A stretch of DNA of 64,000 nt from Mobula hypostoma. Lineage: Eukaryota. Location of the stretch: contig NC_086108.1 of assembly GCF_963921235.1 (NCBI RefSeq), forward strand, positions 28,336,001 to 28,400,000, read 5' to 3'. Below are positions 13,891 through 25,906 of this stretch, one piece after another. The notes beneath the pieces were generated by a model, which was not told where the DNA came from, ran no database searches, and worked only from the letters and a program-made list of their open reading frames with translations. Positions within the stretch are counted from its first letter, which is position 1. Each line of letters opens with the position of its first letter. The translations under genes were made by a program, and so were the position numbers.

Positions 13891-15519
13891 AGAAAGTAGT
13901 GATGCAATTAATGGATAGTAATTATGAAACTGGAGTGGGTGAAGATATGCTTTGTGTGCCAAGTTACCTCTGGAAGAGTTTAGGAATACCAAGTTTGTTG
14001 ATGGACTAAGGTGCATGCCTTGCCTCTTTTCTCCCTAATGATATACATCACCTGACATCCTCTTTTGGAGTGTTGCAGGACATCTGGGTTCAAAAGTCGA
14101 TACAGTGTTAATGTCACTCCAGCCCTCTGTTCTCGTTGTGTTGGTATTGCACTATACACCAGTAAACAGTATCTGCAAATGCCTCTGTAAGTACACTGAT
14201 ACCAGCACAATCACAATAGTTCTTTATTTAAACTGGCAATGAATATCCCATTTTAAAATGGCTTTGATAGTTACAAAGAAAATAATCTAATTTCTGTGTT
14301 TTGATGACAAGCAATTTGAGCTGTTTTCTGATATATTTTGCTTTCGTTCAACCTTTTTAACATCATAATGACTTGCATCAAGATAATATTCTTTATGCTT
14401 TCTCTGAGACAATTTTGTATTTCTGGCATTGTATTTTTTCAAATTTCTGTTTAAAATCAAAACTAATTGTGATAGTACTTTGATGACATTATGTCTTGTC
14501 ATATTTTTTTGTTTTGCATTGTCCATTAATGATGACTTCTTTGTGCTTCTCTCTGACTCTTCAGCAAATTATATAGGTAATAGGAGTAGAAGTAGGCATT
14601 TGGTCCTTTATGCTTGTTCCACTTTCAATATGTCCATTTTTTATCTTGTACCTCAGCACCTGCTTCATATTTCTCTGCACCTATTTTCCTTGATTCCCTT
14701 AATATCAGCTTCTACAAAGAATAGCATTATTATGCCAAAGTGGTAGATAGATATGTACTTCAGAAAGAAACAGAAGGATAGACTGAGAGTATTGAATGCT
14801 GTAAGCTCATGTGAAGTGAAAACATGGGCGTGGATTTTGGTCTGAATCACCTGCAACGTCAATATAATACTAATTAAGTGAAGCGATCATGTGTCCAGTC
14901 CCAAGTGAGCACATCTGCCCCTACTTCAGGCCTGAATTGCCTTTCTTACTTAAATAGATGGTTTGGTTGTGAAAAAATATTTACTGAGCTTTTGAGCATT
15001 GCTGTTCCAGTCAGAGGTACTGAACTGTATCAAGTGCAGAGAAAATAGCATCTCATTGTATCTAAATTCAGCTTCAGCTTTATATTTTCTCAATTACATC
15101 TCTACAATCATTAAATGTTCCATTTCTTGTTATTTTCTTGTAAACAATCTTCATTTTCGTGGGTCAGTTTGGCTTGGTTAGAAACTCTCACCCGACCCAA
15201 TTTAGAAGATTGTGAGCTCAAATTACGCATTAAAGTCAAAGTTTGTAATCTAGACTACCCTTAAGTAGTATAGTGATCAAGTGGAGATTCTGCTGTGTGT
15301 AAATGATGCTGGGTCCAGGGTTTCAGCCTTGTTTTTTAACATAGTTCCTGCAAACTAGTTGATGGAGACCGATTGATGGTCAACAATCCATTACCAACAT
15401 AATAGGCATTGCCAAGCTAGCATCAGAATTCCACACCAGTTTTTTTTAAATGCTTGGCTACATATTGTGGTGTGAAAAGGTACTGTATAAAGGAAATGTA
15501 TTGTTTCTCCCACGATACA

Positions 15520-15981
15520 CACTTCTCTCCTCTTAGATTACTTCTTTGGTCCTTTATCTTTTCCACCTATCACCTAGCAGCATCTCACTTCATAACCCTC
15601 CCCTACCCACTCATCCACCTTCTCCCTCACCTGGTCTTGCCTGTCCTATCCAGCCCTTTACCTCTCCTACCCACATGGCTTCAGCTATTACCTTCTAGCT
15701 ATTCTCCTTCCTCACCCCTCACCTGTTGATTCTAGCATTTTCCCCCTTTCTTTCCAGTACTGAGAGGGGTCTCGGCCTGAAATGTTGGCTGTTGGTTCAT
15801 TTCCATGGATGCTGCCTGACCTGCTGAGTTCCTCCAGCATTTTCTGTGTGTTGACCTGCCAGCTTGAACTCCTTCCCTGCCCTCACCCCAACTTTTGTAG
15901 CTTCTTCCCCCTTCTTTTTCAGTCCTGACGATGAGTCTCAGCATGAAATGTCAAGTGTTTATTCTCCTCCATATGCCTGAT
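15520..15981 (+). mobile_element. Penelope-type terminal repeat, two tandem partial units with hammerhead-like cores
   Basis: Pyrimidine-rich leader, then CAGTACTGAGAGGGGTCTCGGCCTGAAATG..GATGCTGCCTGACCTGCTGAGTTCCTCCAGCA, then a second unit CAGTCCTGACGA..GAAATGTC. The second unit resumes at 18438-18490 after a CR1 insertion. Confidence 0.65.
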
Positions 15982-18437
15982 TTAGAAACATAGCATCACA
16001 GAAAACTTACAGCACAATATAGGTCCTTCGGCCCACAAAGCTGTGTCGAACATGAACTTACTTTAGAAATTACCTAGAGTTACCCATAGCCCTCTATTTT
16101 ACTAAGCTCCATGTACCTATCCAGGAGTCTTTTAAAAGACCCTATTGTATCCACCTCCACCACCATTGCCAGCAGCCCATTTGACGCACTCACCACTCTC
16201 TGTGTAAAAAAATTATCCCTGAAATCTCTTCTATACCTTCTTCCAAGCACCTTAAAACTGTGTCCTCTCATGTTCACTGTTTCAGCCCGGGGAAAAAGCC
16301 TCTGACTATCCACACATTCAATGCCTCTCATCATCTTATACACCTCTGTCAGGTCACCTCTCATGCTCCGCTGCTCCAAGGAGAAAAGGCCAAGTTCACT
16401 CAATCTATTCTCATAAGTCATGCTCCCCAATCCAGACAACATCCTTGTAAATCTCCTCTGCACCCTTTCTATAGTTTCCACATCCTTCCTGTAGTGAGGT
16501 GACCAGAAATGAGCACAGTACTCCAAGGGGGGTCTGACCAGGGTCTTATATAGCTGTACATTACCTCTCAGCTCTTGAACTCAATTCCACAGTTGATGAA
16601 GGCCAATGCACTGTATGCCTTCTTAACCACACAGTTAACCTGCCCAGCAGCTTTGAGTGTCCAATGGATTTGGACCCCAAGATCCCTCTGTTCCTCCACA
16701 CTGTCAAGAGTCCTGCCATTAATACTATATTCTGCCATCATATTTGACCTACTAAAATGAACCACCTCACACTTACCTGGGTTGAACTCCATTTGCCACT
16801 TCTCAGCCCAGTTTTGCATCCTATTGATGTCCCGCTGTAACCTGTAACAGCCCTCCACACTATCCACAACACCCTCAACCTTTGTGTGATCAGCAAATTT
16901 ACTAACCCATCCCTCAACTTTCTCATCCAGGTCATTTATCAAAATCACGAAGAGTAAGGGTCACAGAACAGATCCCTGAGGCACACCACTGTTCACCAAC
17001 CTCCATGCAATATGTGACCAACCTACAACCACTCTTTGCCTTCTGTGGGAAAGCCAGTTCTACATCCACAAAGCAAGGTTCCCTTGGATCCCATGCTTCT
17101 TTATTTTCTCAATAAGCCTTGCAAGGGGTACCTTATCAAATGCCTTGCTGAAATCTTTATACACTACATCTATTGCTCTACCTTCATCAATCTGTTTGGT
17201 CACATCCTCAAAAAATTCAGTCAGGCTCATAAGGCACAACCTGCCTTTGACAAAGCCATGCTGACTATTCCTAATCATATTATGCCTCTCCAAATGTTCA
17301 TAAATCCTGCCTCTCAGGATCTTCTCCATCAACTTAATAAACACTGAAGTAAGACTCACTGGTCTATAATTTCCTGGGCTATCTCTGCTCCCTTTCTTGA
17401 ATAAGGGAGCAACATCTGCGACCCTCCAATCCTCCAGAACCTCTCCCGTCCCCATTGATAATGCAAAGTTCATTGCCAGAGGCTCAGCAATCTCCTCCCT
17501 CACCTCCCACAGTAGACTGGGGTATATCTCATCCGGTCCCAGTGGCTTATCCAATTTGATACTTTCCAAAAGCATCCTCCTTCTTAATGCTTGTATGATC
17601 AACCTTTTCTGTCCGTTGTAAGTCATCCCTACAATTGCCAAGTGAATTTCTGCAATGAATACCAAAACAAAGTATTCTTTAATTACCTCTGCTGTCTCCT
17701 CTGGTTCCATACACACTTTTCCACTGTCACACTTGATTGGTCCTATACTCTCACATCTTATCCCCTTGCTCTTCACCTACTTCTAGAATGCCTTGGGATT
17801 TTTCTTAATAGTACTCACCAAGACCTTCTCATGGCCCTTCCTGGCTCTCCTAATTTCATTCTTAAACTCCTTCCTGCCAGCCTTATATTTTCAAGATCTC
17901 TATCATTACCTGGATTTTTGAACATTTCGTAAGTTTTGCTTTTCTTCTTGACTAGATTTTCAACAACCTTTTTACACCATGGTTCCTGTACCCTACCATC
18001 ATTTCCCTGTCTCAATGAAATGTACCTATGCAGAACACTATGCAAATATCCCCTGAACATTTGCCACATTTCTGCCGTATATTTCCCTGAGAACATCTGC
18101 TCCCAATTTATGCTTCCAAGTTCCTGCCTGATTGCTTCATATTTCGCCTTACTTCAATTACACGTTTTCCGAACTTGTCTGCTCCTATCCCTCTCCAGTA
18201 CTATGGTAAAGGAGAGAGAATTGTGACCACTATCTCCAAAATGCTCTCTCACTGAGAGACCCGACAGTTGACCAGATTTGTTTTCCAATACATGTTAAGT
18301 ACAGCCCCTCCTCTTGTAGGCTTATCTACATATTGTGTCAGGAAACCCTCCTGAACACACCTAATAAGTTCCACCCTATCTAAACCCCTTGCTCCAGGGA
18401 GATGCCAATCAATATTGAGGAAATTAAAATCTTCCAT
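15982..18437 (-). mobile_element. CR1 LINE, 5'-truncated within the endonuclease domain
   Basis: Minus-strand ORFs run from DFNFLNIDW through GNYRPVSLTS, DFSKAFDKVP and VSKFADHTK to EYCAHFWSPHYRKD; AAACATAG-type tail at the left end. Confidence 0.95.
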
Positions 18438-18530
18438 CAGCATTTTGTGTTTTGCTCTGGATTTCCAGCATCTGCCAATTCTCCTGTGGACTAATTTGTA
18501 TTTTTGATCAAAGAAAGTTTATTTCAGCCA

Positions 18531-18731
18531 ACATACACCAAAGTTGCTGGTGAACGCAGCAGGCCAAGCAGCATCTATAGGAAGAGGTGCAGTCGACGTT
18601 TCAGGCCGAGACCGGCCTGAAACGTCGACTGCACCTCTTCCTATAGATGCTGCTTGGCCTGCTGCGTTCACCAGCAACTTTGATGTATGTTGCTTGAATT
18701 TCCAGCATCTGCAGAATTCCTGTTGTTTGCA
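18531..18731. mobile_element. Young Penelope-type foldback insertion (80-bp arms, 4-nt loop) with 13-bp TSD
   Basis: Arms 18529-18608 and 18613-18692 are 79/80 complementary. TTTATTTCAGCCA occurs at 18518-18530 and 18732-18744. Confidence 0.9.
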
Positions 18732-19034
18732 TTTATTTCAGCCATATATGTTAAGAATATCAGTTGTTGGTAATGTTTGAGATTTGGAGGCTGATTGTTC
18801 TGCTGCCTCATTCTGAAGTTCTGATAGCTGAGAGTAAAGTGCTGCTCTTCCATGATGTGTTGTGGCTCACCTCAGTCATAAAATCAGAAGTTTGTGTGCT
18901 GTGCTATATAAATCCTCTTTTGCATCATGCATTAATCCATCCATGTTAAGTAACCTTTTCTACAGGGCTTAACGTAATCACATTATCATCCTGTGCTGTG
19001 GAAAACATTACTGATCCTGTGAGGACCATTGAGA

Positions 19035-20752
19035 TTAGGACCAATCAAGTGTGACAGTGGAAAAGTGTGTATGGAACCAGAGGAGATAGCAGAGGTACTT
19101 AATGAGTACTTTGCTTCCATATTCACTACAGAAAAGAATCTTGGCAGTTGTAGGGATGACTTACAGTGGGCTGAAATGCTTGAACATGTAGATATTAAGG
19201 AAGAGGATGTGCTAGAGCTTTTGGAAAGCATCAGGTTGGATAAGTCGCCAGGACTGGACGAGATGTACGTCAGGTTACCGTGGGAGGCGAGGGAGGAGAT
19301 TACTGAGCCTCTGGTGATAATTTTTGCATGATCATTGGTGGCGAGAAACGTTCTAGAGGATTGGAGGTTTGTGGATGTTGTTCTCTTATTCAAGAAAGGG
19401 CATAGAGATAGCCCAGGAAATTATAGACCAGTGAGTCTTACTTCAGTGGTTGGTAAGTTAATGGTGAAGATCCTGAGAGGCAGGATTTATGAACATTTGG
19501 AGAGACATAATATGATTAGAAATAGTCAGCATGGCTTTGTCAAAAGCAAGTCGTGCCTTACGAGCCTGATTGAATTTTTTGAGGATGTGACTAAACAGTT
19601 TGATGAAGGTAGAGCAATAGACGTAGTGTATATGGATTTCAGCAAGGCATTTGATAAGGTACCCCATGCAAGGCTTATTGAGACAGTAAGGAAGAATGGG
19701 ATCCAAGGGGACCTTGCTTTGTGGATCCAGAATTGGCTTGCCACAGAAGACGAAGAGTGGTTGTAGACTGGTCATGTTCTGCATGGAGGCCGGTCACCAG
19801 TGGTGTTCCTCAGGGATCTGGAACCCCTACTCTTTGTGGTTTTTATAAAGACCTGGATAAGGAAGTGGAGGGATGGGTGAGTAAATTTGCTGATGACACA
19901 AAGGTTGGGGGTGTTGTGGATAGTGTGGAGGGCTGTCAGAGGCTACAGTGGGACATTGATAGGATGCAAAACCAGGCTGAAAAGTGGCAGATGGCGTTCA
20001 TCCCAGATAAGTGTGAGAGGTCAAATATGATGGCAGAATATAGTATTAATGTTAAGACTGTTGGCAGTGTGGAGGATCAGAGGAATCTTGGAGTCCGAGT
20101 CCAGAGGACATTCAAAGCTGCTGTGCAGGTTGACTCTGTGGTTAAGAAGGCATACGGTGCATTGGCCTTCATCAATCATAGGATTGAGTTTTAGAGCTGA
20201 GAGGTAATGTTGCAGCTATATAAGACTCTGGTCAGACCCCACTTGCAGTACTGTGCTCAGTTCTGATCGCCTCAATACAGGAAGGATGTGGAAACCATAG
20301 AAAGGGTGCAAAGGAGATTTAGAAGGATGTTACCTGGATTGGGGAGCATGCCTTATGAGAATAGGTTGAGTGAACTTGGCCTTTCCTCCTTGGAGCGATG
20401 GAGGATGAGAGGTGACCTGATAGAGGTGTACAAGATGATGAGAGGCTTTCTCCCAGGGCTGAAATGGCTAGCACAAGGGAGCACAGTTTTAAGGTGCTTG
20501 GAAGTAGGTACAGAGGAGATGTCAGGGGTAAGTTTTTTACACAGAGAGTGGTGAGTGCATGGAATGGGTTGCCAGCGACTGTGGTGGAGGCAGATACAAT
20601 AGGGTCTTTTAAGTGACTGCTGGATAGGTACATGGAGCTTAGAAAAATAGAGGGCTATGGGTAACCCTAGGTAATTTCTAAGGTAAAGTCATGTTCGGCA
20701 CAGCTTTGTGGGCTGAAGGGCCTGTATTGTGCTGTCGGTTCTCTAGGTTTCT
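19035..20752 (+). mobile_element. CR1 LINE, 5'-truncated, same subfamily as 15982-18437
   Basis: GPIKCDSGKVCMEPEE, GNYRPVSLTS, YMDFSKAFDKVPH, SKFADDTK. TSD ATTGAGA at 19028-19034 and 20753-20759. Confidence 0.95.
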
Positions 20753-21095
20753 ATTGAGAGAATAGAAGTCAGGCCATCTTGTTTTCGGGCACTGTTTTAA
20801 TCAGATGTAAGAGGTTGCTCTGAACGCTTCAGGAACTCATTCCATTCTTCAATGCTGCTCCATTCCCAGAAAGACAAAACACAAGGGGAAGGTCAGCACT
20901 GTAATGGTGCAGACTGGCAGCTGGTTTTGATGACCACCACACTGCTCTGTTGATCTCTAGCCCATACTGGACAGCTCAGATCATCACTGTTCAACACTGG
21001 GCAGTTGTTTACTAGGCAGCTCTGATGATTACTAGTATTCTCTGTGCTGTTGATTACTGACCCACAATGAACAGTACTGACAGTCACTGGCATAT

Positions 21096-21318
21096 ACTGG
21101 GCAGCCAATTACTGGCACACACAGGGTAGCCAATCACTGACACACACTAGGAACCAATCATTAGCACACATTGGGCAGCCAATCACTGACACACACTGGC
21201 AGCCAATTACTGACACATACTAGGAAGCCAATCACTGACATCCACTGGGCAGCCAATCACTGGCACACACTAGGTAGCCAATCACTGGCACACAGTGGAC
21301 AGCAAATCGTTGGCATAC
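21096..21318 (+). repeat. 25-bp minisatellite, 9 copies (ACTGGGCAGCCAATCACTGGCACAC)
   Basis: Units of 24-25 bp read directly from the sequence; 8 of 9 retain CCAAT. Confidence 0.92.
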
Positions 21319-21824
21319 AGGATGCTGCTATGACATTATTTCAATTTCAGATTCACAGTATTACAGTTTTTTCACTAAGTTTTACACCTATTTGGTTAAA
21401 TATTAGCAGTATGACTTGATCTGAACAGGTATTGAGATTTATGATAGAAATCAGTAACATTGCATTGAGGATTCAAACAGGGAATGATGAAGATATTCAG
21501 GCAATCGAGCAGCATATGTGAGTCAATAACTTCTCATGGAAACCAACTATTTCAACTTTACAGCATCTGCCATATTTTCTTTTACATTATGTGCTATTTC
21601 ACACTGCTGCTGTGATCATAACTGCTGAAACCTGCACATTCAGTCATTCCTCTAGGACACACAGCTATTCTGACAGAGGGATCTAATGAAACAAGGTGAA
21701 ATGGACTTCCCATTCATTAGCTTTGGGCAAGGACAGGTGCAAGTATCTCAATCTTGTGTCTTCCTTTTAAGTATTTGGATCAATTATCATGAGGAATATG
21801 GCTGTTCCAGGAAACATGTTAAAC

Positions 21825-22045
21825 AACACACACACAAAATGGTGGAGGAACTCAGCAGGTCAGGCAGCAACTATGGAAATGAATAAACAGTCAATGTTAT
21901 GGGCCAAGACTTTCATCAGTACGAGAAAGCAAGAGGATGATGCCAGAATAAGAAAGTGGTGGAAGGGGAAGGAGGACAGATTAGGAGGTGACAGGTAAAG
22001 CCAGGAAGGTCGGGGAGGGAGTGGAATAAGAAGCTGGGAGGTGAT
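21825..22045 (-). mobile_element. Penelope-type terminal repeat copy
   Basis: GGAGGAACTCAGCAGGTCAGGCAGCA..CAGTCAATGTT..GGGCCAAGACTTTCATCAG is the reverse complement of the 15.7-kb unit. Confidence 0.7.
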
Positions 22046-22189
22046 GCCCTGCCTGCTTTCTGAACATCCTGTATCTGACGGTCAGCTTGAGAGTGGCAGT
22101 GATCAGAGAAGAACATCAGTGGATCTGGCCATGAGTGCTTTCAGACTGGGCTAAGCCCTCAGGTGACTTGCAACAGTGCTCCATTTAAC

Positions 22190-24680
22190 GTAGGACACAG
22201 AACAATACAGCACATGAACAGAACCTTTAGCCCACAATGTCGCACCAAACCAGCTAAAAAACAAATCTAAAACATCCAAGTGCTAATCTCTCCTACCTGC
22301 ACAATGTCCATATCCCTCCATCTTCCTCACATCCATATACCTATCTAAACATCTCAAAAGCCTCTAATGTATTTGCCTCTACCACCATACCAGGCAGCAC
22401 ATTCCAGACATCCACCACTCTCTGGGTAAAAATCTTACCCCTCACATCTCCTTTGAACCTAATTCCTCTCACCTTCAATCCTCATCCCTCTCACCTTCAG
22501 TCCTCGTCCTTCTCACTTTCAATTCATGCCCCCTGATATTAGACATTACAACCCTGGGAAACAGATACTCTCTATCTACTCTATCTATGCCTCTCATAAT
22601 CTTATCGCCCTCTATCAGATCTCCCCTCAGCCTCCGCCACTCCAGAGAAAACAACTGAAATTTATCTAGGCCGTCATGATAGCACATGCCCTCTGAACCA
22701 GGTAGCATCCTGGTAAGCCTCTTCTGCACTCTCTCCAAAACCTCAACATTCTTCCTAAAGTGAAGTGACCAGAACTGTATGCAATACTCCAGATGTGGCC
22801 TAACCAGAGTTCTATAAATTCGCAAAATAACCTCTTAACTTTTGAACTCAGTGCCTCGACTAATAAAAGCAAGCATTCCACAAGCCTTCTTGACCACCTC
22901 ATCCACCTGTGTAGCCACTCTCAAGGAGCTATGAACTTGGATCCCAGGATCTCCTGCTCAGCAACACTGTTAAGGATCTTGCCCTTAACAGTGCACTGTC
23001 TTCTTGCATTTGCCCTACCAAAGTGCAACACCTCAAGTATATTCTGCCATTTTTCTGACCATAGCTGCAATTGTATTTTATTTCAGTCTTCTACACTATC
23101 CACAACTCTACCAATCTTGGTATCATGCACAAATTTGCTAACCCCACCCATCTACATTTTTATCCAGGTCATTTATATCTATCACAAACAGCAGAGGTCC
23201 CAATACAGATCTCTGCAGAACTCCACTAATTACAGACCTCCAGCTTGAATAAGTTCCTGCAGCCACTACCTTCTGTCCTCTATGCACAAGCCATTTCTGA
23301 ATCCAAACAGATTAATTGCTGCAGACCTAATGCATCTTAGTGTTCTGGATTAGCCTCCCATGAGGGACTTTGTCAAATGCCTTCATAAAATTCATGCAGA
23401 TGACATGCACTGCATAGCCCTTATCTCTGTCTCTCATCATGTTGTCAAAAATCTCACTCAAGTTGGTAAGATATGACCTGCTCTGCACAAAGCCATGCTG
23501 GCTCTCTCCCTAATTAGGCCATGGGTTTCCAAATGCTCATATATCCTATTCATAAGGATTTTCTCCAGAAATTTCCCGACAACTGACATGAAACTCACTG
23601 ATCTATAGTTCCCAGGATTTTTCCTTGTTCCCTTCTGAAACAGAGGCACAACATTAGCCACACACCATTCCTCTGGGACCTCACCTGTGCCTCGAGAGGA
23701 CAAGAAGATACAGGTCAAGTCTCCAGAAATCTCGTTTTCTGTCTCATTCAATAACCTGGGGTAAATCCTAGCAGGCCCTGGGGACTTATCCACCCTAATA
23801 CTCATTAAGAGGCCCAACACTCCGTTCTCCTTGACCTCTAAATGCTCTAACATATTTATACACTCAGCACTGATCTCCTGGTCCTCCATTTCCTTGGTAA
23901 ATACTGAAACAAGGTACTCATTAAGTACCTCACTCACATTCTCAACAAATGTTCCCCCCTTTATCCATGAGTGGTCCCACCCTCTTCTTAGTTATCCTCT
24001 TGCACTTGATATGTGTCTACAATGCCTTGGGATTCACCTTAATCCTACTTACGAAGGACTTTTCATGGTCAGTCCTAGCTTTCCTAACAGCCTTCCTTAG
24101 TTCTTTTCTAGGTTATTTATACTCCTGATCTCCTTTGTTTAATCCTAACTTTGAAAGCCTTACACACTTTTCCTTTTTCTTTTTGACTTAATTCGTCACC
24201 TCTCTGAACATCCAAGGTTCTCTTATCTTTCCAACCAAGTCCTTCCTTCTAACAGAAGCATACTTTCCTGTACTCTGTGCAATTGATCTTTAAACACCCT
24301 CTATATACCTGATGTGGACTTGCCAGAAAAAAGATGTTCCCAATTAACTTCTTAGTTCTTGCCTAATGCCCTCACAATTTGCCCTACACCAATTTAAAAC
24401 TCTCCTGCAAGCTCCATACCTATCCTTATCTATAGCTTTCCTGAAAGATAAGGAGTTGTAGTCACCCTTTCCTATCTGCTCACCCAGTGAAAGGCCAGTC
24501 GCCTGGCCGGGTTCATTACCTGACACCAGGTCAAGTACAGACCATCCTCAAATTGGTCCATCCATATATTATCAATATATCGATTTCCATATATTGATTT
24601 AAGAAACCAAACAAATTATGCCCCAGCAAGTTGCTCAACCAAGTTTTAGTAATGGCTACAACATCGTATTTCCACAGTTT
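22190..24680 (-). mobile_element. CR1 LINE, older, with an internal deletion in the endonuclease region
   Basis: LVRPHLEYCIQFWS, VPEEWCVANVVPLF..GNYRSVS, and WKYDVVAITKTWL at ~24640-24680. Includes a 3x ~21-bp tandem duplication at ~22465-22525. Confidence 0.88.
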
Positions 24681-25270
24681 GGCACCTTTGGTATTTCCAC
24701 TAGGAATCCAATCAGCTCTCTTGATGATTCAATTGAAGTTGCTGGCCAGAATGACTGGCCAGGGTGTCACCAGCAGTGGTGGGACAGCGAATCACTCAGT
24801 CAGTGGGGACATTGGGAAATCCAACCTCATCTTTGGGGTCAGCTACAGTACAGGTCCCAGTTGCCCTCAGGTGGGTGCTCCTGGACTGAGTACTTTTCTC
24901 ACTGGTTCTTTTCTTCCTCCTTGCCATCCCTTCTAGTCTGTTGTTTTCTCTGCCTATGGTATCAATTTGTTGGTGACACTTTATTTGTTGGTGATGAGGG
25001 CAGACTCCCAACTGAGCATTTGTTACTTTTTCCCGTTTATCTTCTCGCTATTCAAGATGCCCAGGCTCTGGATGGTGATTTCTGTATCTTCAACTCCTTT
25101 CACTTCTCTGTATATTCCACTCTGGTCTCTCTTCTGTTGATTCAATCACCAGGAAAAGAGTTCAGGGTTGATGTCTGAGGCTTAGTAGCCTGAGGTGCTC
25201 AGACTTCCCTCACCATTCCTACCTTCTTTCTCTGCTGGAGTCTCAGTGAGGACGTACCTTGTCCTCATTC
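24680..25270 (-). mobile_element. Possible Tx1/L1-like LINE fragment (endonuclease remnant)
   Basis: The minus strand reads PVILASNFN*II, resembling the ILAGDFNCII motif of Tx1-type AP endonucleases. Very degraded. Confidence 0.35.
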
Positions 25271-25819
25271 CTTGAGGATTTGGTTGACAGCTCCCCAAGT
25301 TATTGCCCATGTATAAAAGCCAAATTAGTTTATTATTCTGTGCATACATGCATGTGTGTACAGGTGCAATGAAAAACTTACCTTCAGCAGCATCAGAGGC
25401 ACATAGCGTCAGATAAGCAGCATTCACAAGAAAACATAAATTAAATATAAATTATACAGAATTTTCTGAGAAAACTAATAGAGAATAAACAAAGGTCCAT
25501 TTTGGTGCAAAGTGATCGAATTGTTCATAATAACACCATAAGACATTCAAAAAATTTCAATGAGGTCCCCCCATCCACCCCATCCTTCTAAATTCCAGTG
25601 AGTACGGACCCAGCGCTATCAAATGTTCCTTGTATGATAACCTTTTTATTTATGGAATAATCTTTGTGAACCTCCCCTGAACCCTCCCAATGCAGCACAA
25701 CTTTTCTTAGATGAGAAATTAGTTGTTGCCACCTAATTTCATCTTGCAGGAAGTTAAATTGTGCAAGCCATGACACAGCTGTCAATCATCTGCCTATGAT
25801 TCCAGTTAAGTCTGAAATG

Positions 25820-25906
25820 TAGCAGGCCAGGCAGCATTCTGCTGCGTTCACTAGCAACTTTGATGTGTGTTGCTTGAATTTCCAGCATCTGCAGAATTCC
25901 TCGTGT
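25820..25906 (+). mobile_element. Micro Penelope-type insertion with short inverted 5' piece and 14-bp TSD
   Basis: TTAAGTCTGAAATG at 25806-25819 and 25907-25920. The insert is AGCAGGCCAGGCAGCAT (inverted) followed by CTGCTGCGTTCAC..CAGCATCTGCAGAATTCC. Confidence 0.85.

Noticed and set aside
15920..15957. A currently active hammerhead ribozyme at this copy
   Set aside because: CTGACGA, GAAA and GTC are present, but stems I-III are disrupted. Only the family consensus looks competent.
21096..21318. CRISPR-like array
   Set aside because: The units are contiguous with no unique spacers, there are no cas genes, and the context is eukaryotic.
24618..25178. 186-aa + strand ORF as a novel gene
   Set aside because: It lies antisense to LINE remnants and has no domain or splice support.
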